From: Klebsormidium nitens
Lineage: Eukaryota; Plantae; Klebsormidiophyceae
Direction of reading: 5' to 3'
Length of the DNA: 64,000 bases
Assembly: GCA_000708835.1 (NCBI GenBank)
Contig: DF237022.1
Span: 62,001-126,000 of the forward strand
Shown in pieces: positions 24,801 through 37,400 of this stretch; position 1 is the stretch's first letter, and each line of letters begins with the position of its first letter. The position numbers and the translations under genes are program-made. The notes beneath the pieces were generated by a model. The model saw only the letters and a program-made list of their open reading frames with translations. It was not told the DNA's origin and did no database searches.

Positions 24801-27800
24801 AAACAGAAACGGCATATTTGTTTGGAAGCAATTCGTGTCCCAGGCTTTCTGTATGGTGTGGACTGTGTCCAATTCCAGAGCGCTTCCACGTTGTTAGGAC
24901 TACCCAACGGGTCCTCGACGAAAGTGTGTCAAACTGCACGCAACTGAGCACTTTGCTACCGAAAAGTGCGTATGGACTTTCTCATCCTGGTTACCATCAG
25001 AAGTTCTAATCCCTAGAATCGCAGTGAGCGATCAGACGCACAAGAATTCCCGGCCTGACCTAAAGGCCTTCGTTTTCATCTTCACAGTGATTCAACCCGT
25101 TGGGTCGAATTTCCGGGTTCCAACGGTCCCTCTTACACGGTCTTCTCAAGTATCTGGTCAACGTCTTGAACTCAAGATTGAACTTAAGGTTCCAGTTTTC
25201 TTGTTGAACAACTTTCCTGTTTCTGTCCTACAGAACAATCACAAAGACGAGCGCAATCGGGCCGTTCGGAAGTTGCCATTTTCATTTTCATACACAGTTT
25301 GTTCGGTCGACATCGCTGGCCGTTCGGAAAGCTAATTTGCACTTTATGTAATAAGAGTCTTTAATTATGAAACCTTTCTGTTTCAAGGAAAATGACCCAC
25401 TACAGAGACAAGCACAGCCGCGCCGTTTCAGCTTTTTCATCTTCTGAACACAAGTTTGTTCGGTCGACATCCACTAAATAGTGGATTAAGAAATTCATAT
25501 CGAACTTTATATTCCGACGCTTTCACTAACCAACCTTCTTCTAACTATTACAGAGAGCCATCATAAAGACAAGCACAGCCGGGCCGTTTTGGAGGTCCCG
25601 GTCTTCATCTTCCAAACAGAGGAGCCCGTGTTTCTCGACCAGCACCACACTGCGCGCGCGTTGCCTGACATGGTGATTGCAACGATGTGCAAAGAGACGG
25701 GCTGGGAGAGTCACATACAGGCCAACGGGCAACCTATCCTTTGGGACCTAAGGTGAGCTTTTTGCTTGATGTCTGCTTATATTCGTTTCGAACGTTGACT
25801 AAGAGCATGTTGACCAAGGACGGTGCTCGGGAGCGAATCCAAAACCTGAATTTGAAACCCAGATCGTTATGCATCTAGCCATGTTGTTGGCCAGAGCGTG
25901 TTGAAGAAAAATGGGCTCGGGGGGCAAGAATGAAGTCAAACCCTTAACCAAGGATTTATATGCTCGGCGCACGTACAAAACCTGCCCCACCGTTCCTCGA
26001 GCACTTTTGTTAGTTATCACGGCCCCTAGTCATCATCATCGCTTCAGAGAAAAGTCTTTGTGGTTCGCAAGATGATTCCTTTGGCTTGTCGAGTTCACTG
26101 ACCACCAAAGAGAAGTGTGTCGGTTCTTCCAACGATCATTGCGAGCTGGAGGGCTGGGTGTAAGCCCTACAAGAAAAAGAACGACGTGGAGCCGGTTCTG
26201 TGATTGAGGATTGCTTGGAAGCTGGAAAATCAGAGTCCGAATGCTGTTCAGAGTTCAGGGTGTCAGAGACCAGAAGCACACCGCGTGGAAACAACCTGCA
26301 AAAAGAGTTGCAATCTGTGCATCGAGCCAAGTTGGACAAGTGCACAAGCAGCCAATGCTTTGCAATCTAGGTAATGAACCTTCCAAAGTTTCTGATTTTT
26401 CCATCATTCTTTTCTCTGGGTTGCTCTTGAGGGACTGAGATCTTTGTTTTTGCATGTGCAGCAACCCTCTGAAATCTCTCGTGGCTGCGATCGCCCAACA
26501 CGTGGCAGGCGTGCTGCCCACCCACGTGGGCTACAGTATTCCGCACGGAGCGGTCGAGAAGGTACGGGGGGCGACCATTTCACGGTTTTTGTCACTTGCT
26601 ATGTCGCCGGAGTCTTGTTTGACATCAATTTGCAAGGGCTGCACTGATCTCTCTGCTTGTGACCCTTGATTTCGAAATCGTGCATTCGGTTGCAGGAAGC
26701 GTTGACGTCACAGTCTCCTAAGAGTGCGTGCTGCGTCCAAATGTCGGGTCTGTTTCAGAAGGATTCAAATCTGCCCTCTTCCACGATGTAGATGATCTCG
26801 AAATTCCTTTTTACAGTCCGTTCATCCCGTATTTACACCTGAGCAGAAGCAACCCAAGGCCGTATTCACACATTCGAGAGCCCTACTCCTTCGAGCCCGT
26901 GTTCACACCCTTCGGGACGCTCTGGAGGTTGCGTATTCACACCACCGAGAACTGCCAGCTCGAGACTCGTAGTCACATCACTTGACGAAACTTCAACGTG
27001 GTAATCAGACGCCCGAAACAACCTCCTCTACCCCGTACTCACACTTGAGCAGACGCTCTTTCCGAGCCGAGTTTTACACCCCCGGAATTGCTTCTGACGA
27101 GCGTATTCCCACCGCTGCAGGACTGGCTCTGGTCCGTCGGTGCGAATCCTTTCTCGGCGACCTCCCACGGTTGGACGCTCTCCAAATTCCACGTGGACAC
27201 CGCTCACAGGAGCCACGTCATCGCCGCTTTGGACGCGTCAGCGGAGCACATCAATCTGGGGATCCATATCTTGAGCAAGGAGAAGAACCGTATCCTTATC
27301 ACATTGCTTTTGCTGCGGCTCCGCCTTCTGCTTTGATGTCTTTTCTTCTTGAGTCGTCTTGCTCATGTCAGTCTGATGAAGTTGTTTCCGATTGCAGTTG
27401 TGTAATAAATGAGCAAGATCGAGCAGCATTTTCTTTCAATGTGAACCCCGTGGAAACTTGGCTGCTTATTATCCAATAAAGCCCCTCGGTACTTCTGTCC
27501 TTAAGCCTCTTCCTGACGTAAGCTTCCATGCGCATTCAACAGGTTCCAGCTTCGTTCCTCACTCCGTTCGTTCCGCTCCAATGTTTGACCTCACTCTGTT
27601 CGTTCCGCTCCCATTGTCCGCCCAGGATTGCTCAGTGCTCCGTGCTGCTCTCCTGAGGATACTCTACATCTTTACGTTCTCTGTTAGCTCGAGCGGAATG
27701 TGGCGCTCGGTATCCAACAAAGCATCGCTAAAGAGCCCTCTGTTGTGTGATTTCCTTGACCGCAATGCGCAACAGATGCGGACACTTTTGGCGCGCTGCG

Positions 27801-29536
27801 AAAGCTGCCCCTCTCGCAGCTCATGACGACATACAGCCACGTCATCACCCTGTGGATGCAGGTAAAACTCCCTGACTTGTAACGCTCCTCAACTAAGGGG
27901 CAACTGAGAATGGCTGATTCGTACTTTGGACGAAAGAATCCTCAGTCGACCGGGCTTTGAACGCGCCTTTTGCTTGAAGCTCCTCCTTGAGTTCTACGTT
28001 GAGAAAGATTCGAGTCAAGGTTGCTGAAGGGGCTGTAAAAATAGGGTTGGCTGCCCTTATTGGGTTGGCTGCCTTTATACTGCTGCCGGCTCCGAACAAC
28101 CCAAACGTACGATTGATCGGCAGGATTAGCAGTCAGCAACTGCCTGTATATCCGTGTAAGCAGGGAACTAGGCCCACTGCAGTTCGCACGGCAAATCACT
28201 TCGAAGACAGGTCTAAGATCAGACTTCACGGTTGGACCTTAGACTGGAAACAGAGAATGAACAATGGTTCAGATTCTGAAGGGCGCTGATCTGAGACTCG
28301 CCTAGACACCACACGTATCAATCCTGTTTCGAAGTAAGCTACATTCAGACTACTGCCTGGAAGAATGGTGCAGTGGGGTAGGTCTGGGGGTTTAGGGTGG
28401 GTATGGGGGCGGAGCACGTTAACCGGAGCACGTTAACATCGGTTTAGTTTCTCAGTTCATGTGGGCCTGCGCAACTGATACCTTCTAATTTTAGGCCTAA
28501 CTTGACGCAAAGTTGGGACTAACTGACAGCGTGCTGTATTCCAGATCGTTGTAGCGGTAGAGGAGTTGGAGTTCGGGTCCGCGACCAGTCACATTGCCCG
28601 CCTAGATCAGCACGCCGAGGCGTAAGTCGCAAACCGTTCGCTTTGTCTTCTGGTTCTGCGCTTTGTGCCTTCATGACTTTCGACGTCGTCGACAATTGTC
28701 CGCCTGTTGAGTGTGCCATTTCCGACGTGCACATTGCGAGACAGGACTGGCGTGCAGTTTTCGTCCAGAGGTTTGCATTCCGTTTCCGCTTGGCTGCTTC
28801 CCAGATTCGAAAATTGGCCGGTACGCGTTGAGGGTACTTTGAATTTGTCGAAGCAGGATCTTTAAGCAATAGCTTCAGGACAGAGCAGGAACGCACCTCT
28901 TCAAACCCGTGCTGATTCCATATCGCTGCCTGGAGCGGTTTTCGCACCAATCCAGCGCGTATATGTAGGGCTTCATTGGAATGCCCACCCGTCGAAAGCA
29001 TGCTTGCATTCCAAATTGGAGGTATTGGAATTCAGCCGTTTGAATGAGGATATCAAGCAGCCGTTTGGATGAGGCGATCAAGCAGCGAGCGCGCCTACGC
29101 TTCCGCCTGCCGCTCGTGCAAACAAGTGGGCGGACTCGACACTGTATCGGACCGCTTAACTCCATTCTTACTGTGTTTGTGCCTTGTATTCTGTTTTTCT
29201 TTCTTGTTTGTTTTTCTGTCTCTTTGTCGTGCGTAGCTTACTGCATCCTGATCTTCGCTAACTTGAACGCATTCGGTCAAAGCAACGGTGTTTCCGCCCA
29301 GACGGCGTAGGAGCCGAGCTCCCAGGTTCGAGACTAATTATTGGTGTACGTATCCTTGCAGGTTCTACGAGCTCGCTCAGAGTATACATAAGCAACTCCA
29401 TCCAGTCAGGTGCACGAAGCGCCGCAGAGTGAACCTAGGTATTGCGCCAATGGCCGGAGGCGTCGCGTCTTTAATGCTTCTGTATGTGCTACTAAGGTGG
29501 TCAAAACCGAAGAAGGTGAAGCCAAAGATCAACTAG
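12830..29536 (+). CDS. Uncharacterised conserved streptophyte secretory-pathway membrane protein (Arabidopsis At5g58100-like), about 1000 aa, at least 21 exons
   Basis: In-frame exons: 13866-14007, 14432-14506, 14829-14992, 15705-15805, 16241-16339, 17463-17652, 18247-18310, 19137-19333, 20156-20268, 21037-21173, 21862-22046, 22544-22699, 23276-23434, 23898-24174, 24606-24662, 25554-25752, 26462-26561, 27121-27289, 27776-27861, 28545-28621, 29362-29536 (2922 nt). Recognised motifs: VPVNFIFVGF, HTRVP, WIDLTAGPFSYGP..GGEG, LLAELDVYE, DDPALAMAFS, DWLWSVGANPFS, and a C-terminal TM plus KPKIN. The first exon (12830/12857-12904) is tentative. Confidence 0.88.
16685..17462 (+). repeat. Acceptor plus exon-start copies upstream of exon 17463
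   Basis: cag|gcccggc recurs with exon-like starts at 17006, 17186 and 17325 (functional start 17463). aagca(a/g)accc intron-end pieces extend back to about 16685. Confidence 0.9.
18820..19136 (+). repeat. Acceptor plus exon-start copies upstream of exon 19137
   Basis: cgcag|gcaaaatcaagggcct at 18979 and a more decayed copy at about 18830-18915. Confidence 0.88.
19440..19886 (+). repeat. Exon-end plus donor copies downstream of exon 19137-19333, including a perfect 63-bp tandem duplication
   Basis: Copies at about 19448-19487 and 19592-19652. Two identical 63-mers at 19755-19817 and 19818-19880 are followed by GTGAGG. Confidence 0.92.
20870..20935 (+). repeat. Acceptor plus exon-start copy upstream of exon 21037
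   Basis: cacag|gcttgcgtggattgac at 20876 versus ctgcag|gtttgcgtggattgac at 21037. Confidence 0.8.
21480..21861 (+). repeat. Acceptor plus exon-start copies upstream of exon 21862
   Basis: cgcag|aagagtccgacgcggaattg at 21491 and a similar copy at about 21620. Both share the tail tgctaagcccgaa..gtcaagcc. A more decayed copy lies at about 21748. Confidence 0.8.
22125..22543 (+). repeat. Three acceptor plus exon-start copies upstream of exon 22544
   Basis: Copies begin at 22132, about 22259-22262 and 22397. The ORF track 22268-22954 shows the MHAxLWKHxP motif three times in one frame. Confidence 0.92.
23595..23660 (+). repeat. Decayed exon-start copy upstream of exon 23898
   Basis: gagcgggttccccgacgccgtccctttatggccctccgcaacga resembles gagcggatccgccgacgacttccccttcctggccctccgcaacga. 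Confidence 0.7.
25030..25553 (+). repeat. Acceptor plus exon-start copies upstream of exon 25554
   Basis: tacag| copies start at 25234 and 25406 with agacaagcacagcc-like exon sequence and a shared tail agtttgttcggtcgacatc. An older copy lies at about 25031-25090. Confidence 0.82.
26828..27120 (+). repeat. Approximately 34-bp degenerate minisatellite (9 units) ending in the functional acceptor of exon 27121
   Basis: cgtattcacac-like cores at 26828, 26861, 26898, 26932, 26968, 27000, 27034, 27068 and 27102. Confidence 0.8.
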
Positions 29537-29809
29537 GGGTGAATATAGTTTCTGATTGTGACATCTCATGCTATGGACTACTGCATTCAATCCAATATTC
29601 AAAGCGCTTTCACACAATTCTTCTGCGGATTGCGAACTCGATGAAAGGAGCCTGAAACCTGAAAGGAGCGGCACGGACTTGCTTTCTCCGTCAGGCGAGC
29701 GACTGAAATGAGCAACGCGAGCTTGTTTCGACTCACGACTTCAGTCAACCAGATCAAGCTCAAACCTCGGTGCTTTAGAAAAGCTGAACCGTCCTAGCTC
29801 CTATAGCTA

Positions 29810-30350
29810 AGCTCTTTGCTGCAGTGCACACTTGTCGGACGTGTGCTCCTGGTTGTACAATTGGATCTCACGCATGGAGGTATGATAGACGCCTTTATGA
29901 CATGCATCAATGGCACGACATGCAAGCTCAATCAACAGCTGAGCTCCATCCGAATGCTCAAATGATTAATGGTGCATGGGCGGCCTCAAATAGGCGCACC
30001 ATGTCATGATGCTATGAAGCTAGCTGAGAAGATGAGCAGCAAGTCGAGCCTTTGTCTAGACATGTCTTCTGTTTCAATGCATGTGCATAGAGCTGGCTCT
30101 CGCTTCGGCAGCCGATTTGATTGAATACTCATAACATCTCAGGTATGCACAAGTGCACGCACGGCCACTACGTACGTCATATGTACAAGATAAATGTTGC
30201 AGATTCATATAGGATGTAGCTACTAGATAAGAATTGTTCAGTCGCATGCCTTTGCTGGCATGTTTCCAGTTGTGAAACAATGAACCGTGCACGTTCTTCA
30301 GGTTTCGATTCGATACTAACTAATTCGTACTAACTCTTGAGCTTTGTAGA
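29810..30350. other. Palindrome-dense intergenic patch at the convergent At5g58100-like/GT junction
   Basis: Dense ATGCAT, GTAC, AGCT and CATG words, e.g. AGACATGTCT (about 30058) and TACGTACGT. Similar composition continues at about 30650-30900. Judged by eye. Confidence 0.55.
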
Positions 30351-30910
30351 TCGGACCTAAAAGACGAGAATCCAGTTGTTGAAGTAAGGAAACCGTACAA
30401 ACTTACGTTCCCTCGCTTCTCATGTCAATGGTACCAAACGGCATGTGCAGTGAATTTGGACAGCTGTACGGTATCTCATGAGAGGAAGAGAAGATTCCGT
30501 TTCTCTTTCTCGAGTCGTACAGGTTCTCTCTTCTCAAGCCGTGCATCAGCAGCCAATTAACTTTTCTGCCCTCAACAAGCCTGGCGACAACAAGGAGGAA
30601 AGTGAGTCAGAGCGCATCCTCATGTATAGATATCATGTCCGAACGCAGTGGCCGAATGATCGGAAATGATCAATATGCAATTCAAGACGCCTGTACATAC
30701 ATAGGATGGCATCTCTCGGAATTGTGGCAGCAAGGAAGCTTTGTGGATGTGTCTGGCCGGTTAGCTTCCGCAATCCGCTGATGCAGTTCTGCAACGTACA
30801 TGCATGCCGTTGGAAACGCCGGGAAGCTGATGTACGAGGGCTTCGTTGAGCTATACCATAGCCGCTTTCTCACTTGTTGCAATAAAGCCGACGTGCGTAC
30901 ACGTACCTAA

Positions 30911-31240
30911 GTGTTGCCAGCGCTGCACTTCAGGAAGCATCATCATGTTGCAACGGTGGAACCCGCGCCGCAAATGAACGGTAATGCCGGCCCCGACGCA
31001 GCGGTCAGCGTTATGCTCCACCTGGAAGTCCACACGACCGCGATCGAGCCGCAGCTGGCGATCGAGGACGTTCCGGGGGGGCCCGATCCGCAGGGATTCT
31101 ACCCCCTGGACTTTGGACAGGTGCCGGTGGGCAAGCCGGTGCTCAAAACGTTCACCGTGCGGCACGTGGGCAGCCGTCCGATGAGCATATGCGCGAACCC
31201 ATTTGAAACCAAGCGTTGGACGGAATCTAGGAACCTTTGA
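30911..31240 (+). pseudogene. Orphan coding fragment resembling an ASH/Ig-like domain of CFAP74/HYDIN-type ciliary proteins
   Basis: GC-rich, coding-like segment translating to LHLEVHTTAIEPQL...LDFGQVPVGKPVLKTFTVRHVGSRPMSI. No ATG start and no neighbouring exons found; it ends in a stop. Family recognised from memory only. Confidence 0.45.
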
Positions 31241-31465
31241 AGTCCGTTCCGGCCACATATTGGAGCTCATTGCAAGCCTCCTCGCAATCAGTCAGTATTA
31301 CGGCATACCAGCTGAACTTCGTCCTTGCACTATCTTAATTTTACACAACGATTGAAGAAGATTGTACCTCAATTAATGTACCTATACTTCGCGCGAAACG
31401 TTCTACCTGATTGACGTCGGTATATTGACGCGTACACTCGACTCGGATCAGAATCGGGCATCGTT

Positions 31466-34400
31466 TTACATCTGGCGCGATTCGAGGAGCTTATTCACAT
31501 CGCCGCCTACCGCCGCAAACTCGGAGACGCACACGTCTCCTTGCGCCTTGATAAATTCATCCGACTCCCGACCCATCCCTTCCCGTGGCAACAAAGCGTA
31601 TAACCGGTCTCCAACTTCGGCGTCCCAATTGCTCCGGGGCTTTGCCAACTGGTCGCCGGGCATCATCCGAGCGTAGTTGTATGGCTCCAGAGAATTCAAA
31701 GAAGGGTCTAGGTCCATGTTCCACATAGACATCTGCGGACCAAGAGAAAGACAAAATTTGTTAGCCCGAATAAAGAGTATCTATACCCAGCGTCGTACTC
31801 TAGATTGTCTAATCAGAGATGGAGTGTCTTGCTTACAGATCTCTCTACGCTTGTTCGAAAAGGTCAGCATTGGAGCTTTCGAGGAAAGCCTCCGATTTGA
31901 CTTAAGGTCCTCCAGTTTGAGATGTGAGATCCAAGATAGCCTGTGACCGGAGAAACTCTTTTCTCGACCATCGGGAGAAGCGGAACCAGCTCATGAGAGG
32001 GGAACGAAATTCGAAGAACAAGGAAACGATATCAGAATCCTTGTGACTCGTTATTACAAAACAGGGGCTGTTAGCCTCCCTCCTCAACCTTTCAAACCAG
32101 GAGCTGTTTACCTCCTCCATAAAATCTTGATCAAGGCGATTACCAAGAGGAAGAACATGATAACAGAATGACAAATCTGTCTCGACGCACCAGAATGGCC
32201 CGCAGTTTCCGGTCGAAAGTCCAGCTCCAAAGCTCGCGCTCCGGGTTGTTGAACGGCCGCATCCAATTGAAGATCCCCTTCTTCTCTTCCTCGTCGGAGA
32301 GAGTACTCCATTTGGCCCGGTACACTGCCCCGACGTTTCCTCCGCTCATTTTGAGTCGTTTTGCATACCTGGTTTAGAGAACGTATCGTTGTAAAGAATC
32401 CGTGCACACTGGTCGAGAAACAGTCTCCTTAACACGAACGGACATACGTGTAATGAACAAAGTATCGCTGTTAGGAACACGTGCATATAGGAAGACGTGC
32501 ATACTTCTTTCAGAATAAGTCTCCTTGGAAAAAGTCTCCTTGTTACGAACAGAGTATCGTTGTCAGGAACACGTGCATACATGAGGCAAGGAAAACTGTC
32601 GTTGTAAGGACGACGAGCAGACGGAAACTGGAACGCTGAAACGCTCCGATGAACCGTCCTCAACTGCAGTTTTGTGGGGACCTGCTACTGAATGCCTTTT
32701 GACACGTTCTGAAAAGGGAACGGACGACGGACCCCTTGGTCGGCAAAACGCCGGGAGGCTTTTCTCCGCAAAAGTGGATGAGGAGAGGGAAGAAAGGACG
32801 GGAAAGGAGACAAAGGAGAGTGCATTTGGATCGCTCCAACGTTCCCAGCGTAACGGGGTAGATGCGGCAGTCTCTTATTGTCGTACGCCCCTTCAAACAG
32901 AGGACTAATCTACGAAAGACGGAAAGGGTAGAAGGATGGGTAACCTAAAACCAGTTGTCGCCTCGAAGTTTGCGTTACTCAAGTTGTAGCTTTTGGCAGT
33001 CGCTGTTCCAGAAAGCTCGACTTCAAGAGTACGGGTAGGGGAAGAAATGGGGGGTTGAGTGAGTCTGATACAACACCAGACCTTTTTTTGATCAGCTCAA
33101 GTGAGATATCTTCGCGTATCTGTATTCGAGCACTGCGTCACTTTACTGGACTAGAAAAAGGGTTCGTCGTCTGAAGAGCGAGTATCTTTCAATCTCAACA
33201 GTGCGGCGAAACCACTTTCGCGCCTCGTCAAACCCCACCAAAGTGATGAAGTACCCACAGAGAGTTGACCAAGCATACTCCCCAATAAAACATTGAAAAA
33301 TTAACGAGAATCTTAAGCACGCTGAAAGGAGACACTATCGGACCAACTTCGCAGTCCGACTGCCTCCAAAAGTTTCAAAAGGACAGCAGAACGCAAAGAA
33401 GAGACTGAAACGAAAAGGCTTTTCAAAGGCTCGCAACTCACAGCTCCGGGTTTGTCCGGAAAGCGCCCGACGTCTTCGGCGCGTCGTCGTCTTCCCAAAT
33501 CTCCGCGCCCCGCCCCCGGCCAATCACCTCGTCGTTTCCGTGCACGTGGTGAATCTCCTCAAAGATCCGGCCGTTGGGCATTTCGGCACCGATCTGCGCC
33601 ATGAGCTGTTTGTCGGGTTGCAAAACCTGCGCGCGCATCACGCGCTTGTGGTACTCCTTGTCTTCGACGGGATGCGGCCAGATGTTTTCGTCGAACACGC
33701 CGATCACGTCCAGCTGCAAAAAGAAAAAGAGATTAATAAGCACAAAAGCAGTGGTTTATCACAAGAGTAGTGAATATTTATAAAAGGAGTGAATCTGCCG
33801 AAAGACTTTCGATTGACGTTTGTAGTGCGATTGCAAAGGAAACGAGTATGCAATTGTGGTCCTCTTTGTCTTCGACGGGATGCGGCCAGATGTTCTCGTC
33901 GAACACGCCAATCACGTCCAACTGGGGCGAAGTAAGATTTTCGTGATCAGAGATTATCGAATTGCCGTCACGCTGACTTGAAACACACGAGATGCCGGTG
34001 AGACAAACTATGAGCGTTTGTGGTACTCTTTTTCCGTTACGGGATGGGGCCAGATGTTCTCGTCGAACAGACCGATCACGTCCAACTGCAAAAAGAAAAA
34101 GAGTTTTCATGATCACAAACACGGTAAAAGATTGCAGAAGCAGTGAATGATTGCAAAAGCAGTGAAATTGCTGTAGAATCTTCGAGAGACGTTGTGGCGC
34201 GATTGCAAAGGAAATCAGTATGCGCTTGTGGTAGTCTTTGTCTTCGACGGGTGAGGCCAGCTGTTGTTTTCAAACGCGCCGATGACGTCTAACTGCAGTG
34301 AAGTACGAGTGTCGTGATCGGGGACTTCAAAAGTGTCGTGTGATCAAAACTGGAAGGATTTGCCGCTAGCTTTTTTGGGCAAAACTTGGAGGTGCGATGC

Positions 34401-37400
34401 AGAAAGAAGTGTTTTGCGCTTTTGGTACTCCTTGTCATCGACGGGGTGCGGCCAAGTATTCTCGTCGAAAACGACCGATGATGTCCAGCTGCGAAAGACG
34501 TAGGTTTTGAACGTCTATGTCCAGCGACAGGTTTGAAAAGAGAGAGAACCAACAAGTTTTCAAGTGCAGGTGTTGCGGACCGAGTTTGACACTCTCGCAC
34601 TCGCTGCATTGCGGCCAGCAAGAACCATTTAATTACCGAATTGAAGTACATCAGAATGCTTTTGTTCTGTAATGTTAGACTTTTGGTTCTAAAACCAAAT
34701 TCCAAGTCAGAAACATTGATTCAAAGCCAGGTGATCATCCCCGAGTCGCACCGCCTCTCGAGTCAGCACCGGCGAGCGCGTTGCCAGTATAAATATATTA
34801 GAGCGTCTTCATCCCCCCGGACTTTCGACTTAAAGAGATGTGTTTTAACCATTAATCGCCAGGAGATGAAACAATTCAAGATGCGAAAGCAAAGAGAAGG
34901 CGAAGTGAACACACTCACCGCTTTGCGCGTCAGCACGAAGAAGCGCATCGCCGAGTAGAAGTAGATCAGAATGTCCTTGTTCTGCGGGTCCTCCACTTCG
35001 TCCGCCACTCTTCCGAGCGCCGCCGGCGCGAATGCCACGTCAGCACTCGCGAGGAAGAACCACGGGGCGTCGAGGTTCTTGGCGAAGATGGTGTTCCAGG
35101 ATCCGGAGACGCCCAGATTGCAACCGGGCTGCTCGACGTGCACGAAACGAGACCCGAGCCTGTAGAACGAATAACAATAACCCGTGTTAGTTGTGGATCG
35201 TAGTTGACTAAGAAAAGCCAGTGTTAATTAAGGATTGTAGATAACTGCGTCCAAAACTATGTACCATAAACTTGTGTTTTAGGATTTGGAGATGCCCGGG
35301 TTGCAGCCGGGCTGTTCGACGTGCACAGAACGCGACCCGAGCCTGTAGAAGAAGGGTCAAAAGGTAACCACCGTTGGTTAGGATCGTGGAATAGCTCCGT
35401 CCTAGATGATATGCCCTCTTCCGCTTCGACTTATCTAGGCATTTCACCGATGGAAACCAGTGTTTTAACCTTGACTTTTTGCCATGCTGAGATCGACCAA
35501 CGTGCATGGACCGGTAGCGCAGCTGTAAGTCCTCTACTTTTAGGATGTCAGGATTTAGTATCGGAGAATCCGGAGTGTCACCAAAGGAATCTTCTTGGAC
35601 CAGATTGCTTGTGGCCTGTCGAAAAAGGCACAAAGCCTCTGACCTGCGGCTGGAGTCTCGATAATGTTTTTTTTCTGAGCTTCAAGATGTAGACGGGCTC
35701 GAATCACCAAAAGTGACTGGGAGTTGCAAAAGGTTAAATTCAGAAAGCTTTTCAAAGTTAGACCGGGCTTGCAGCACTATGCTTGGCTGAAGCCTCCCGC
35801 GGTTGGAAAAAGAACTTACTCAGCATCTCGTACTTTTCAGTGTGCTTAACATTTGTAAGAGTCGACCACTTGGTGATAGTTTCATGGCACGCATTATTCC
35901 TCTCAGAGATTGCTGACTCCTTTCAAAGAATGTGAAGCACACCTACTGCTCGTAACCAGGGAGTTGCAGCTGCGAATTCAAGTGTAATCAGCAATAAAGC
36001 AGAATGATTGCGAAATTGCGTGCCTCGTAAGTATGTGTTGTTCCCTGCAATTAGGATGCCTTGTAAAGTGGCATTCGAATTCGAAGTGCATCTCGGGTAA
36101 GGCTTCCGTGCATTCGGCAGTGGTCACAACCTCAAAAGAGACAGAATTTTGAGAATAGGTAAATGAGAAATTCGTGAACCCTCACCTTGTCACGATATCG
36201 TTGACAGCCTCCTTCATCTTTCGGTTCTCCTCCGACGCGCTGGGCAACTCGTTCACAACCAGCTGAATCTTCTTCACTGGAACGTCGATGCTGTAAATCG
36301 TCCGCCGTAGCCACTCCGCGTTGTTCATCACCGGAATGCCGACCACTGGAATGGGCTTGCGCAAAAGGAACTGCACGGGCACAGATAAGCCTCAAAATTA
36401 CGCTGCTTATTGCCTCCGGAACGGGAAGCTCACTATACTTAATTGCTGATTGCCTCCGGAACGTGAAGCTCACCATACTTTGCTGAGATGCAGCTTTTCA
36501 TTTACGAAGAATAAAGCTGTGTGCTTTGGTCAGGGAGTCTGGAAATGCCTGGGAAGAAAGTGTTCTATGCACATTTGCCTCGGCAGCTGGCGAGATTCAA
36601 ATCACGAGTCACGTCAAGTCGACTGTCCAGCGCAATAACCATTATGCACACCTACGCACAAGCTCGTTGGAAACATTGGGCAACTACTCTGAGAACTTGT
36701 CATTCCTGCGATGGGCTTTCTTGATCGCAATCCGACAGAAGGGACATGTGTTGCGTCCAGCGGCAAAGTGGAAGCCAGCCACCTACCGGAAAATGGGGTG
36801 GTCAAAATTCCGTGTTAGATAGCACAAGGGAGCCCTAGAAACCATCTGAATAGTAGCGGATGCAAGTTTGGGCATGGAGCGTCTAGAGGGGTGGTTCATC
36901 AAGGCATCATGAAGCAATTATGTCGCCATATTGACGGCAAAATCTAAAGACGGGGGCTATCCAGCAGACGCAAGAAACGAACATTCTTGCATCAGCAGGC
37001 AACTGGAGTGGTCGCATCATTTATGGGTTTCGCAAGAGAGGGCAGGCGCGGCTCACGTACAGAAATCAACACAGCTTGAAACAGCACGGAAGGACATCGA
37101 AGCTCAAAGGAGCGTACCCCAAAGACTTGTAACAGAACTTGAAAAGGAACCTGTGAGGAGCTGAGAAAATGATTCCACATTCTGCCACCTAAGAGAAGCT
37201 AATAAAGTTATTCCTCATTTTGCTCAAGTCGGCTCAGTAACAAACCGCTTCATACAAAAAAGAAGCAAAGACAGCTGACCTGATTTCCCTTGAACTTTTG
37301 CCTGATCTTCTGGTAATTCTCTGGCGCAAACAGCGCCGGAATGATCGACTCGGCCAGCTCCTCCAAATGGGGCACCGAAGAGAGCTCCAGTAACCTGTCC

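Noticed and set aside
28391-28397. Interstitial telomere (TTTAGGG)
   Set aside because: Only isolated single units here and elsewhere; no array.
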